A DNA stretch of 64,000 nucleotides from Clostridia bacterium (GTDB lineage: Bacteria > Bacillota > Clostridia > Oscillospirales > CAG-272). The stretch lies in NCBI GenBank assembly GCA_017456625.1, contig JAFTJB010000004.1, forward strand, positions 5,901 through 69,900, written 5' to 3'. Positions 28,173 to 37,963 of this stretch are shown one piece after another (position 1 is the first letter of the stretch; every line of letters starts with the position of its first letter). Position numbers and translations under genes: made by a program. A model generated the notes under the pieces. It saw nothing but the letters and a program-made list of their open reading frames with translations, did not search any database and had not been told where the DNA came from.

Positions 28173-28898
28173 TTGGATTACCAAACTTTTCAAGAGTTAT
28201 TTCAACAATTATCCATCAAAAACAATACACAAGAGCTTACAAACGGCAACGAAAGAGATTTCTACACCCTTACAGAGCATCTGCTGAAGATAAACGAGAT
28301 AACGAATCTCACCGCAATTCGCAATATCCCCGATATTATTGCAAAACACTATATTGATTCTCTTCTCGCCGCAGAGTTCATTCCTTTTGGGTCTCGTGTT
28401 TTGGACATTGGATGCGGCCCGGGCTTCCCAACGCTGCCTCTTGCAATCGCAAGAAGAGACCTACAGATCACAGCATTAGACAGCACGCAAAAGAAAATTA
28501 ATTTTGTCAAAGAAACCGCAACTCTTCTCAGCCTCAAAAACGTTTTCGCCATTTCAGCACGCGCCGAAGATCACGACACGCTCAACAAGCTGGGCAAATT
28601 TGACGTCGTAACAAGCCGCGCCGTTGCTCGGCTAAGCATTCTTTCAGAACTTGCAATCCCATATGTAAAAATCGGAGGCTCTCTTATCGCTCTGAAAGCA
28701 GCAAAAGCCGACGGCGAACTGACAGAGGCAGCAAGTGGGATTTCCAAGCTCGGCGGTGCCACACCTATCATGCACAAGAAAGCACTCTGCTGTGCAGACT
28801 CCGACGAAGAAAGATGCATCATCGTCATCCCAAAGAGCAAGGAAACCCCCGTTGCATATCCACGTAGCTTTGGAGCAATCAAGAAAAAACCTTTATAA
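28173..28898 (+). CDS. rsmG: 16S rRNA (guanine527-N7)-methyltransferase RsmG (GidB)
   Basis: 241 aa from a TTG start with AAGGAGA 6 nt upstream. SAM motif VLDIGCGPGFPTLPLAI. It follows mnmG. Confidence 0.9.
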   Translation: MDYQTFQELFQQLSIKNNTQELTNGNERDFYTLTEHLLKINEITNLTAIRNIPDIIAKHYIDSLLAAEFIPFGSRVLDIGCGPGFPTLPLAIARRDLQITALDSTQKKINFVKETATLLSLKNVFAISARAEDHDTLNKLGKFDVVTSRAVARLSILSELAIPYVKIGGSLIALKAAKADGELTEAASGISKLGGATPIMHKKALCCADSDEERCIIVIPKSKETPVAYPRSFGAIKKKPL

Positions 28899-28904
28899 CA
28901 CAAA

Positions 28905-28928
28905 AGAGCCTCGCAGGAGGCTCTTTTA
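28905..28928 (+). terminator. intrinsic terminator after rsmG
   Basis: agagcctc-gcag-gaggctct followed by TTT. Confidence 0.6.
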
Positions 28929-28944
28929 TGTTTCACGTGAAACA
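28929..28944. promoter_or_regulatory. parS: parS centromere-like site (perfect palindrome)
   Basis: TGTTTCACGTGAAACA matches the Firmicute parS consensus TGTTNCACGTGAAACA and lies 170 nt upstream of soj. Confidence 0.85.
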
Positions 28945-28973
28945 TCCCTTACTAGCCGGTGATCTGATTTTAA

Positions 28974-28989
28974 CGTTTCACGTGAAACA
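28974..28989. promoter_or_regulatory. parS: second parS site (one mismatch)
   Basis: CGTTTCACGTGAAACA. Its start is 45 bp after the start of the first site. Confidence 0.8.
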
Positions 28990-29113
28990 TTTTTGATATA
29001 TTAGTAAATTCTTTTCTCTTTCTGTTGCATTTTAGGCGCAAGTGTGGTATAATAAATACGCTGGCACATTTATGCTCACCGTAAAGCAATTTAGATCGAA
29101 AGGAAGTAACCGG

Positions 29114-29875
29114 ATGGGTAAAATTATATCATTTGCAAACCAAAAAGGTGGCGTCGGCAAGACGACGTCCGCCATTAACATTGCCGCCGCGCTCGGAATT
29201 CTCGGATACAAGGTCCTCCTGATCGACCTCGATCCCCAAGGAAATGCCACCAGCGGCGTAGGAATCGCAAAAAAGAATCTCAAAGCCACTGTTTTTGATG
29301 TTTTGACCACCGATGCAAGCGCATCTTCGGTCATTCTTAAAACTCCCTTTGAGAATTTATGGCTGATCCCCACTCACACAACGCTTGCAAAAGCAGAACT
29401 CCTTCTTGGAGAGACAGAGGCGGGCGAATTTGTCCTCAAAAAGAAGCTTGAAGAGATAAGCGATCAATTTGATTACATTATTATTGACTGTCCTCCCTCT
29501 CTTGGCATGCTAACAGTCAACGCAGCAACCGCAAGTGACGGCATCATCATCCCTATGCAGTGCGAATTCTTTGCACTTGAAGGACTCTCTCAGCTGATGT
29601 TTACCGTCAGCCGCATCAAGGCGCATTACAACAAGGCATTGAACGTAACGGGAATTCTGATCACAATGCATAATAATCGACTGATTCTCTCCGCGCAGGT
29701 TCTTAACGAGCTTCGCAAGCACTATGCAGACAAGCTTTTCGAGACTACAATCTCCAGAAACGTCAAGGTTTCGGAGGCGCCCGGCTTTGGACTTCCCGTG
29801 TATTATCACGGCAAGCACTCCAAAGGCGCAGTAGAATACTTGAATGTTGCCAAAGAGCTCGTAGAGCGCATTTAA
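29114..29875 (+). CDS. soj: chromosome partitioning ATPase ParA/Soj
   Basis: The ORF track starts at 29042. I prefer the ATG at 29114 (AAAGGAAG RBS), which gives MGKIISFANQKGGVGKTTSAINIAAAL with the deviant Walker A KGGVGKTT. Confidence 0.9.
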   Translation: MGKIISFANQKGGVGKTTSAINIAAALGILGYKVLLIDLDPQGNATSGVGIAKKNLKATVFDVLTTDASASSVILKTPFENLWLIPTHTTLAKAELLLGETEAGEFVLKKKLEEISDQFDYIIIDCPPSLGMLTVNAATASDGIIIPMQCEFFALEGLSQLMFTVSRIKAHYNKALNVTGILITMHNNRLILSAQVLNELRKHYADKLFETTISRNVKVSEAPGFGLPVYYHGKHSKGAVEYLNVAKELVERI

Positions 29876-29912
29876 GGCAGAAAAGTACATATAACAAAGA
29901 AAGGAATATAGA

Positions 29913-30809
29913 ATGGTAAAAGGAAGAAGCGGATTGGGGCGCGATTTTTACGCACTTCTCGACGACAACATTCTCCCGGGTGACAAGAAGAGCTCCGCAA
30001 GTACGATTCGCATATCGGAAATCGAGCCGCGCAGAGATCAACCAAGAAAGACGTTTTCTCATGAGTCTTTGGAGCAGTTAGCCGATTCAATTGGGCAATT
30101 TGGCGTTCTTCAGCCCATTATTGTGCGTGAAAGCACACTTTTGGCAGGAACGTATGAAATTATAGCAGGCGAAAGACGCTGGAGAGCTGCAAAAATGGCA
30201 GGCTTAAGTGAAATTCCCGCAGTTGTATTGGACGGGGATGATCTGAAAGCCGCACAGGTTGCTGTAATCGAGAATGTACAAAGAGAGGATTTGAATCCTC
30301 TTGAAGAAGCGCTCGCATATCACACGTTGATTAAAAGCTTTGGATTAACACAGGAGCAGGTATCTAAACAGGTAGGTAAAAACAGATCCACTATTACGAA
30401 CATGCTTCGTCTTTTAGATCTCCCCGAAGAGGTCTTGGAATACGTGCGCAACGGTTCCCTGAGCGCAGGCCACGCAAGAGCGCTGTTGGGACTCAAAAAT
30501 CGCGATCAAATTGCAGGATTGGCACAAAAAGTCATTGATAAAGACCTTTCCGTTAGAGATGTTGAGCGCACGATCCGCCTTATGAACTATGAGCGCGAGG
30601 AAAGCGACGAGGACCAAAGCGAAGGCCTTCAGAGAAAGGCATACATGAAAGATCTTGAGCACCGTGCCGTTGCAACACTTGGAAGAAAGGTTCGTATTCT
30701 TAAAAGCGCAAAGAAAAAGGTTATTGAACTTGCATACGATGACGACGATGACCTCGAAGCCCTGTTAAAAACCATCTGTGGCGAACAAATTTTCAACAAT
30801 ATTGATTAA
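29913..30809 (+). CDS. spo0J: chromosome partitioning protein ParB/Spo0J
   Basis: 298 aa with ParB box II IIAGERRWRAAKMAG and the HTH region GLTQEQVSKQVGKNRSTITNMLRLL. Confidence 0.9.
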   Translation: MVKGRSGLGRDFYALLDDNILPGDKKSSASTIRISEIEPRRDQPRKTFSHESLEQLADSIGQFGVLQPIIVRESTLLAGTYEIIAGERRWRAAKMAGLSEIPAVVLDGDDLKAAQVAVIENVQREDLNPLEEALAYHTLIKSFGLTQEQVSKQVGKNRSTITNMLRLLDLPEEVLEYVRNGSLSAGHARALLGLKNRDQIAGLAQKVIDKDLSVRDVERTIRLMNYEREESDEDQSEGLQRKAYMKDLEHRAVATLGRKVRILKSAKKKVIELAYDDDDDLEALLKTICGEQIFNNID

Positions 30810-30835
30810 TATACAAGGAAAAGGAAGCAAATACC

Positions 30836-32116
30836 ATGTTAGACATCAAATATATCAAGGAATGTCCCGATGAAATTGTTGCAAGACTCGCAAAAAAAGG
30901 AAAAGACGCAAGAGAAGACGTCGAGATGATTCTCAAGCTTGACACCGAAAGACGCGCACTGATCAACGAAACCGAGGCACTTAAGGCAGACCAAAACAAG
31001 ACCAACAAGCTCATTCCGCAGTATAAAAAAGAAGGGAAGGACCTTTCCGCTATCTTCGCAGAGATGAAAGAGCTTGGCGCGAAGGTAAAATCGAATGACG
31101 AAAAGCTCAAGGAGGTAGAAACGCAGCTCACTTCCTTTATGCTCGGTCTTCCCAATCTTCCCGATCCGGACCTCAAAGAGGGCGGAAAAGAGAACAATGA
31201 GCCTCTTCGCTACTTTGGCGAACCCAAAAACTTTGATTTTGAGCCCCAAAACCACGTTGATCTATGCACCAATCTGGGATTGATTGACTACAAGCGCGGT
31301 GCAAAGCTTTCCGGAAACGGATTTTGGATCTACTCCGGCATCGGTGCACGTCTTGAGTGGGCAATTCTCAACTATTTTATTGATACACACATTGGAAACG
31401 GTTATCAACTCATGCTCGTACCTCACATGCTCGGTTACGAGTGCGGTCTGACCGCAGGACAGTTCCCGAAGTTCCAGGATGAGGTTTATTGGATGGAGAC
31501 CGCAGAGGATGAGCGTCGTCGCTTCATGCTTCCGACCGCTGAGACTGCATTGGTATCGCTCCACCGTGATGAGATCTTGACCGAGGCAGATCTTCCCAAG
31601 AAATATATCAGCTACACGCCTTGCTTCCGCCGCGAGGCAGGCTCTTACCGTGCAGATGAGCGCGGAATGGTACGCGGACACCAGTTTAACAAGGTCGAAA
31701 TGGTTCAGTACACGCTTCCCGAGAAGAGTGATGAAGCATTTGACGAGCTCGTAGCAAACGCAGAGAATCTTGTTAAGGGGCTTGGCTTCCATTTCCGTAC
31801 TGTTAAGCTTGCAGCCGCAGACTGCTCTGCATCTATGGCACGCACCTACGATATTGAGATCAACATTCCGTCCATGAACGGCTACAAGGAGGTTTCTTCT
31901 GTATCAAACGCCCGCGACTATCAGGCAAGACGAGGCATGATGCGTGTCAAGCGTGACAATGGAAAAATGGAGTATCTCCATACGCTGAACGGCTCCGGAC
32001 TGGCAACCAGCCGCATTTTCCCTGCGCTTGTTGAGCAAAACCAAAACGCAGACGGTAGTGTAACCGTTCCCGAGGTATTGAGAAAATATATCGGCATTGA
32101 TGTCATCAAGAAGTAA
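30836..32116 (+). CDS. serS: seryl-tRNA synthetase
   Basis: 426 aa with an N-terminal coiled-coil arm (MLDIKYIKE...) and class II motifs FRREAGSYRADERGMVRGHQFNKVE and GSGLATSRIFPALVE. It starts only 26 nt after spo0J. Confidence 0.95.
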   Translation: MLDIKYIKECPDEIVARLAKKGKDAREDVEMILKLDTERRALINETEALKADQNKTNKLIPQYKKEGKDLSAIFAEMKELGAKVKSNDEKLKEVETQLTSFMLGLPNLPDPDLKEGGKENNEPLRYFGEPKNFDFEPQNHVDLCTNLGLIDYKRGAKLSGNGFWIYSGIGARLEWAILNYFIDTHIGNGYQLMLVPHMLGYECGLTAGQFPKFQDEVYWMETAEDERRRFMLPTAETALVSLHRDEILTEADLPKKYISYTPCFRREAGSYRADERGMVRGHQFNKVEMVQYTLPEKSDEAFDELVANAENLVKGLGFHFRTVKLAAADCSASMARTYDIEINIPSMNGYKEVSSVSNARDYQARRGMMRVKRDNGKMEYLHTLNGSGLATSRIFPALVEQNQNADGSVTVPEVLRKYIGIDVIKK

Positions 32117-32201
32117 TTTCGGGAATGATGCGCGGGATCTTCTCTCTACGGATCCCGCGCACACCTAAAAAACCAACATTTCAGCAGAAACGGAGACTTA
32201 T

Positions 32202-32918
32202 ATGAGTAAATTCTTTCTACTTTCCGCAGGAGGAAACTCGCTCTGGAAAAATTTGGCAGAATGGTATCAAAATTCCGTCATCTGTGAGATTTTGACCTAT
32301 TTAGAAGAAAACTATTTTTCGGTTGCGCTAGGAAGCTATCAAAATTTTTCTGTTGCTGCGGGAACAGCAACGACGCTCCGCAACATTGTTTTGGGAATTG
32401 CAATAGGATTGATTATAGCCGGCGCTATGATTGCCTACACCAAACAGGTACATGGTAAGTTTGTTCGAACCGTGATCCGCAGTGGCTGTACATCTCCCGA
32501 GAACGCAAAAACATTATCCGAGCTCGGCTACTTTCAAAATCCTTCCATTCGTCGCGAATTAACAAAAAGAGTTACCTTTGGCAAACTTGTTCGTTGCGTA
32601 GAAGAGGATGTGCAAGCCAATAGCAGTTCCGATCATGAAACTTCCAAAGCTTCGGAGGTTGTAAACAAGAGAAAATCGTTCTCAGCATTGTTCCGAGTCA
32701 AGAAACAAGAATTTAAGATCGACTTTACGACCATGCACTTCTACATTCCGGAGGATCTGCGATACCGCGCTGAAATTCGTTTTGAAAGAAAAGGATCCAC
32801 CTGGGGATTTTTTGCAATCGTAGCCGTCATTACCGTAGTGATCTCATCGCTTCTGTGCATCTTTTTGCCGGATCTTTTCCGCCTCGCGGATAATTTGATT
32901 ACCCTTTTGTCACCGTAA
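32202..32918 (+). CDS. hypothetical membrane protein
   Basis: 238 aa with two hydrophobic segments (LRNIVLGIAIGLIIAGAMIAY and WGFFAIVAVITVVISSLLCIFL). No motif recognised. Confidence 0.4.
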   Translation: MSKFFLLSAGGNSLWKNLAEWYQNSVICEILTYLEENYFSVALGSYQNFSVAAGTATTLRNIVLGIAIGLIIAGAMIAYTKQVHGKFVRTVIRSGCTSPENAKTLSELGYFQNPSIRRELTKRVTFGKLVRCVEEDVQANSSSDHETSKASEVVNKRKSFSALFRVKKQEFKIDFTTMHFYIPEDLRYRAEIRFERKGSTWGFFAIVAVITVVISSLLCIFLPDLFRLADNLITLLSP

Positions 32919-32924
32919 ACACAC

Positions 32925-32957
32925 CAAAAAAGAGATGCAAAATTGCATCTCTTTTTC
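32925..32957 (+). terminator. intrinsic terminator
   Basis: AAAAAA-agagatgc-aaaatt-gcatctct-TTTTT. Confidence 0.75.
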
Positions 32958-33031
32958 ATATATATATTGCTTTTCTCATTTTTTTATGATAAAATTAAAT
33001 AGGTACAATTTAAGAAAAGAGGTTTAGCAGA

Positions 33032-34447
33032 ATGCTTCCTACTCCTGAAAATTATGCAATATATCCTTCTGTTGTTCTCGCAGCTACAATGACAAAAATG
33101 ACCATTATCGCAAGAGAAAAAGCATTTTTGCCGGTTGAAGGCGCTGAATATTGTCTTACAATTATCGGAAGAGATAATGATGAGTTGAGCTATAAGACGC
33201 CTATAACGCACCAAGTGATATCCGCAATTGCACATAACGGCGTGATATGCTTTGAGCATTCCTTTTCGGGCGAGCAGGAATATCTTGTAAAGCTATATCG
33301 GGATGAAACACTTCTTGCGGAGCTTCCGATCTACTCTCTCTCAGACGATCTTTATGACCGCACACCTCTAAAGGCGGATTTTCATTCCCACAGCTTTCGT
33401 TCTGACGGCAAGCGCGACCCGGCGGCAACAGCAGGCCATTACCGCGAGCAGGCTTACGACTGCTATGCGCTTACCGACCACAATCGCTTTTATCCCGGCG
33501 GTGAGGTTGACGAGACCTATCGCGGTGTCGATATGGAATTTTTCCGAATTAACGGGGAAGAAGTACACACACCGGGAAGCATTATTCATATTGTGCACGT
33601 TGGAGGAAGCACAAGCGTTGCGGAGCTTTACGTCAAAGACACAGATGGTTTCAACAATGAAACCGAGGAGTACAAAGCACGTGTTCCAAAGCAGGTTCCC
33701 GCGCAATACGTTGACCGCTATGCTCTGGCAATGTGGGCAACCGATAAGATCCACGCGGCAGGAGGGCTTGCAATTTTTCCGCACCCGTTTTGGAAGCCGG
33801 GCGGATCGCAGGTCAACAACGTCTGCTCCGATTTTGCAAAACTTCTTCTCAAAAGCGGTATGTTTGATGCCTATGAATTAGTTGGTGGCATGAAGCAGAT
33901 CGGCAACAACCTTTCAGTCGCACTTTGGAACGATTTGCGTGCAGAGGGGCTTAACATTCCCGTGGTCGGCTCCAGCGACGTTCACGGATATAAAAAATCC
34001 GCTGAATTTCCGCACCTATACACGATATGCTTTGCAAAAGAAAGAACAGCAGACGCAGTTTTGGAAGCAATCAAGACAGGAATGACTGTTGCAGTTGAGG
34101 CAAGCGGAACCGAGTATGATCGCCATTACCGCTGCTATGGAAGCTATCGATTGGTAGCCTACGCACAGTTTCTCCTCAACAACTTCTTCCGTCAAATGGA
34201 GCGCATTTGCACCGGAGAGGGAGTCGCAATGCGCGCATATGCGATCGGAGAAGCCGAGAAAGAGTTGATTGAGCTACAATCCAAGCAGTCGCGTGCATTT
34301 CGCGCCCGTTTCTTTGGAAAAGAGCCTCCGATTTTACCCTCCGCTGAGACACTTGAATTTGAGGAAAGATGGCGCGAGGTGCAGAGAAACGGCCCACAAA
34401 CAAGGGGGAGTGCAATCACCACCCCGCCTGTAAATTATCAAATTTAA
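33032..34447 (+). CDS. PHP-domain (polymerase/histidinol phosphatase-like) metallohydrolase family protein
   Basis: 471 aa with ADFHSHSFRSDG, YALTDHN and VVGSSDVHG, which are PHP-type metal-binding His/Asp motifs. The N-terminal ~100 aa are uncharacterised. Confidence 0.55.
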   Translation: MLPTPENYAIYPSVVLAATMTKMTIIAREKAFLPVEGAEYCLTIIGRDNDELSYKTPITHQVISAIAHNGVICFEHSFSGEQEYLVKLYRDETLLAELPIYSLSDDLYDRTPLKADFHSHSFRSDGKRDPAATAGHYREQAYDCYALTDHNRFYPGGEVDETYRGVDMEFFRINGEEVHTPGSIIHIVHVGGSTSVAELYVKDTDGFNNETEEYKARVPKQVPAQYVDRYALAMWATDKIHAAGGLAIFPHPFWKPGGSQVNNVCSDFAKLLLKSGMFDAYELVGGMKQIGNNLSVALWNDLRAEGLNIPVVGSSDVHGYKKSAEFPHLYTICFAKERTADAVLEAIKTGMTVAVEASGTEYDRHYRCYGSYRLVAYAQFLLNNFFRQMERICTGEGVAMRAYAIGEAEKELIELQSKQSRAFRARFFGKEPPILPSAETLEFEERWREVQRNGPQTRGSAITTPPVNYQI

Positions 34448-34455
34448 TTTCATAG

Positions 34456-34508
34456 CAAAAAGAGCGCCGAACGGTTACACATCGCTAACCATTCGGCGCT
34501 CTTTTTTA
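34456..34508. terminator. bidirectional intrinsic terminator between convergent genes
   Basis: AAAAA-agagcgccgaa...ttcggcgctct-TTTTTT with an inner ggtta/taacc stem. Confidence 0.8.
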
Positions 34509-35882
34509 TACCATTTGCTCGGGATGGAAAAGCGAATCAAATTGCTCTGCCGTTAGGAATCCCAGTCGCAAGCATGCTTCACGGAGCGTAATATTTTCGC
34601 TATGTGCAAGCTTAACGGTTTTTGCTGCATTTTCATAACCGATGTGAGGGTTCAGTGCCGTAACCGTCATGAGGGATCGGTCAAGATTCTCTCTCATTTT
34701 TGAACGATTTGCAATGATGCCACGCACACAATGCAATTCAAATGAGGTCATTGCATCGGCAAGCAGTCGAACAGACTGTAAGAAGTTGTACGCGCAAACC
34801 GGCATAAATACGTTCAATTCAAAATTTCCTTGCGAAGCTGCCATGCCGACCGCAACGTCATTTCCCATGACTTGCACCGCGACCATTGTGATCGCCTCAC
34901 ATTGCGTGGGATTAACCTTGCCGGGCATGATAGACGAACCGGGTTCATTCTCCGGAATAAAGATCTCACCAAGACCGTTTCTGGGTCCTGAGGCAAGCCA
35001 GCGGATATCGTTCGCAATCTTCATCAGATCAGCGGCAAGAGCCTTGAGCGCACCGTGCGCAAATACAAATTCATCCTTGGAGGTCAAGGAGTGAAACTTG
35101 TTTTGCGCCGTTTGGAAGGTAATACCCGTTAAGCGAGAAACTTCATCTGCAACCGCAACGTCAAAGCCCTTTGGTGCGTTCAGGCCCGTTCCAACCGCGG
35201 TACCGCCCAAGGCTAACTCGGAAAGTGGCTCGAGCGCTTGTAAAAGCATGGAACGGTCACGCTCCAAAGAAGTGCGCCAACCGGAGATCTCCTGCGAAAA
35301 GAGAATGGGGGTTGCATCCTGCAGGTGTGTTCTGCCGCATTTGATGGCATCTGTATTTTCGGATTCCAAACGAAGCAGGGTTTCAATCAATCTCTCCAAC
35401 GCAGGAAGGAGCTTCTGTCGAAGAGATAGAACCGCCGCGATGTGCATGGCGGTAGGAAAGGTATCATTTGATGATTGCGACATATTGACGTCATCGTTTG
35501 GATGGATCAATACTTTGCCAAGAAGCTCGTTCGCGCGATTGGCAACCACCTCATTTACGTTCATATTTGACTGTGTACCGGACCCGGTCTGCCATACAAC
35601 AAGAGGAAAATGCCCTATAAGTTTCAATTCGCTAACCTCGTCGCAAGCGGATACGATCGCATCGCGCTTCTCGGCGGTCATTTTTTCGGGACGAAGGGCA
35701 AAGTTCGCAAGAGCAGCAGCCTTTTTTAAAATTCCAAAGGCAAGAATGATCTCTGTTGGCATCGTCTCGAGACCCACACCGATGCGAAAATTCTCGCGAC
35801 TTCGCTCGGTCTGCGCGCCCCAATAGCGATCGGCAGGCACCTTGACCTCACCCATGGAATCATGTTCAATTCTGTATTTCAT
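34506..35882 (-). CDS. fumC: class II fumarate hydratase
   Basis: 458 aa with the N-terminus [28 protein letters not shown] and the signature [15 protein letters not shown]. The AAAGGAG RBS lies inside the end of the upstream GH35 gene. Confidence 0.85.
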   Translation of the reverse strand: MKYRIEHDSMGEVKVPADRYWGAQTERSRENFRIGVGLETMPTEIILAFGILKKAAALANFALRPEKMTAEKRDAIVSACDEVSELKLIGHFPLVVWQTGSGTQSNMNVNEVVANRANELLGKVLIHPNDDVNMSQSSNDTFPTAMHIAAVLSLRQKLLPALERLIETLLRLESENTDAIKCGRTHLQDATPILFSQEISGWRTSLERDRSMLLQALEPLSELALGGTAVGTGLNAPKGFDVAVADEVSRLTGITFQTAQNKFHSLTSKDEFVFAHGALKALAADLMKIANDIRWLASGPRNGLGEIFIPENEPGSSIMPGKVNPTQCEAITMVAVQVMGNDVAVGMAASQGNFELNVFMPVCAYNFLQSVRLLADAMTSFELHCVRGIIANRSKMRENLDRSLMTVTALNPHIGYENAAKTVKLAHSENITLREACLRLGFLTAEQFDSLFHPEQMV

Positions 35883-37869
35883 TATCTGACTCCTTTAGAG
35901 CATAAACCGACGGCTCACATACACCGATCGGCATATCTATTTCCAAATAAACGTTACGGCGATTTTCTGCCGTCATGGGCAGAATTTTTAACGTCATCGT
36001 TGAGAAGGGAGATATCTCGCGAACGTCAACGTACCAACGATCTCCGTAAAGATAAAAATCCGAAATTAGGGCATCGCCGCAAAACAGTGCCGCGGCATTT
36101 CCCATCGCGTCGATCACAAGCGTTTTTGTATCGGGCGGAAGAACAAATTCATATTCTACGCTTTCAACAGTTTCAATCATGGAACCGTCTCGGTTTTCTA
36201 TGTGCTCAAAAACCGCATCGGAGAGCTTGTTACTCACTCGGCAAAGCGGAATAGAGCCAAAAACGTCTTCTGCGCGCCTCTCTTTTTTGCAAAGGCCAAG
36301 TTTAATCCCGCCAATGGATATCCCATCTTGAAGATCGATAATTTTTCCGTTTGCAAGACAGATCTGCGGCTTAATACCATCAAAAGCCTCAAAAATAACC
36401 TTGCTTTCATCTGTAAAAATCGGCATTGCCGTAATCCATTCGGCAACCTCAAAGCCAAGCGGGAATCGAATCGGAATAATTCCGTAGCTGTTTTTTGGTA
36501 CGGTGAGGGGAATCGATACGGGCAAGTTTTTGTCTGCTAACTCCACATGTACAGTTTCTGTGATATCTTTCATATTTTCCGCGTGTGCGTGATTATTGAA
36601 AAAGAGAAAGCCTCTTGTTCCATCGCTTCTGACCGCGCAACGCAACGTGTTGGTATCAAAAAGATCCTTTGGAGCATGATCGGGAAGATATGACGGCATT
36701 GGCGCCAGCAGTTCTCCAAAGTACTCCAAAAAGGAATGGATCGAGCGAAGCTCAAAGTAACTCTGTCGAAGCTGTCCGCAATCACCGATCGGAGCTTGAA
36801 AATCATACGAGATGATCGGGTAATCGTTTTTATACCCTGATTTTCGGCTTTCCTGCATCGTGGTCTTGCCAATGGGATTTCTTCCACCGTGATACATATA
36901 ATATCCGACTCCGTTGCAACCCGAGCCAAGACGGCAGATCACATTAGATGTAATATCAGACGAGGATAGCAGGGGGCGTCGATGGTAGGTTACTTGATTT
37001 CCTCCGCCAATCTCACACGTCAGATAGGGATTTGCCTGATCATCCAAGGCAACGGTTTCATCCTCGGAACCATCTGCATCAAGAACGTCTGTGCCGATAT
37101 CCGCGCTGTTCCAATCGCTTGAAAAATGGAATGTAGAATAGCCCAGCATTGGCTCGATATGTGCTGCCCAAGGAGCTTCGGGATAGCCACCGTAAACAGG
37201 GAGAAGCATTCCCTTGGGAAGCTCCGCGCCACGTCCTGCGGGTCCCCAGCCTGTCGCAGTGCGGATCGGCGCATGAAATCCAATCTCTTCGATCATATGA
37301 CACAACGTTTCCATATGCGGCGCGTTTCTGTGAAGCTCATTTTCCACCTGAATACCGATCACGACGTCCATATGTTCCTTGATCTCCTCATAAACGCGCA
37401 CAAAAAAGCGACGTACACAATCAAGATAGGGTTGCTCGTTGACGCGCGTATGCTCTTTTCCGCCGCATTTTTCAAGAAGCCAATCCGGAAAGCCTCCGTT
37501 TCGTGCTTCTCCGTGTGCCCACGGACCAAGTCGAAGGAAAAAGGGCATACCTACCTTTCTACAGGTTTCACAAAAGAAACCGAGATCGCGATTTCCGGAG
37601 AAATCAAACACGCCCTCCGTCTCCTCATGGTGGATCCAGAACAAATAGGAGGCAACGATCTCAATTCCGCCTTGCTTCATTTTGAGCAGCTCGGCCTCCC
37701 AATCGCTTCTCGGGACACGCGAAAAGTGGAATTCTCCCATGCGATAGATATACGGTTTTCCGTCTCGCGTAAGATAGTGATTGGTCACGGCATAAGAATG
37801 CCCCATGACCTCGCCACCAAATTTTTTTAAATAATACGGCTTTTTTGATTTGGTAAATTGAAATTTCAT
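35866..37869 (-). CDS. glycoside hydrolase family 35-like beta-galactosidase
   Basis: The pattern [56 protein letters not shown]...[22 protein letters not shown] follows the GH35 N-terminal catalytic-domain pattern. Start is set at the ATG at 37867-37869 (GGAGA 5 nt upstream) rather than the track start at 37881. The 3' end overlaps fumC by 17 nt. Confidence 0.65.
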   Translation of the reverse strand: MKFQFTKSKKPYYLKKFGGEVMGHSYAVTNHYLTRDGKPYIYRMGEFHFSRVPRSDWEAELLKMKQGGIEIVASYLFWIHHEETEGVFDFSGNRDLGFFCETCRKVGMPFFLRLGPWAHGEARNGGFPDWLLEKCGGKEHTRVNEQPYLDCVRRFFVRVYEEIKEHMDVVIGIQVENELHRNAPHMETLCHMIEEIGFHAPIRTATGWGPAGRGAELPKGMLLPVYGGYPEAPWAAHIEPMLGYSTFHFSSDWNSADIGTDVLDADGSEDETVALDDQANPYLTCEIGGGNQVTYHRRPLLSSSDITSNVICRLGSGCNGVGYYMYHGGRNPIGKTTMQESRKSGYKNDYPIISYDFQAPIGDCGQLRQSYFELRSIHSFLEYFGELLAPMPSYLPDHAPKDLFDTNTLRCAVRSDGTRGFLFFNNHAHAENMKDITETVHVELADKNLPVSIPLTVPKNSYGIIPIRFPLGFEVAEWITAMPIFTDESKVIFEAFDGIKPQICLANGKIIDLQDGISIGGIKLGLCKKERRAEDVFGSIPLCRVSNKLSDAVFEHIENRDGSMIETVESVEYEFVLPPDTKTLVIDAMGNAAALFCGDALISDFYLYGDRWYVDVREISPFSTMTLKILPMTAENRRNVYLEIDMPIGVCEPSVYALKESDNEIQN

Positions 37870-37963
37870 AAAATTCTCCATTTACAACCAAACATTTTAG
37901 TGATATAATAATATTGACTAAATAAAGCTAATTTGCAATCTGATTTATAAGGATATTGAAAAA

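Noticed and set aside
29042-29113. 24-aa extension of ParA/Soj
   Set aside because: ParA proteins begin a few residues before the KGGVGKTT loop. The ATG at 29114 has an AAAGGAAG RBS.
30810-30835. Looked for a T-box leader upstream of serS
   Set aside because: Only 26 nt separate the spo0J stop from the serS start, which leaves no room for a T-box. serS appears to be co-transcribed with soj-spo0J.
32130-32160. Hairpin gcgcgggatc/gatcccgcgc after serS as an intrinsic terminator
   Set aside because: It has a good 10-bp GC stem but no following U-tract on the plus strand. It may still pause or stabilise the transcript, but it is not called as a terminator.
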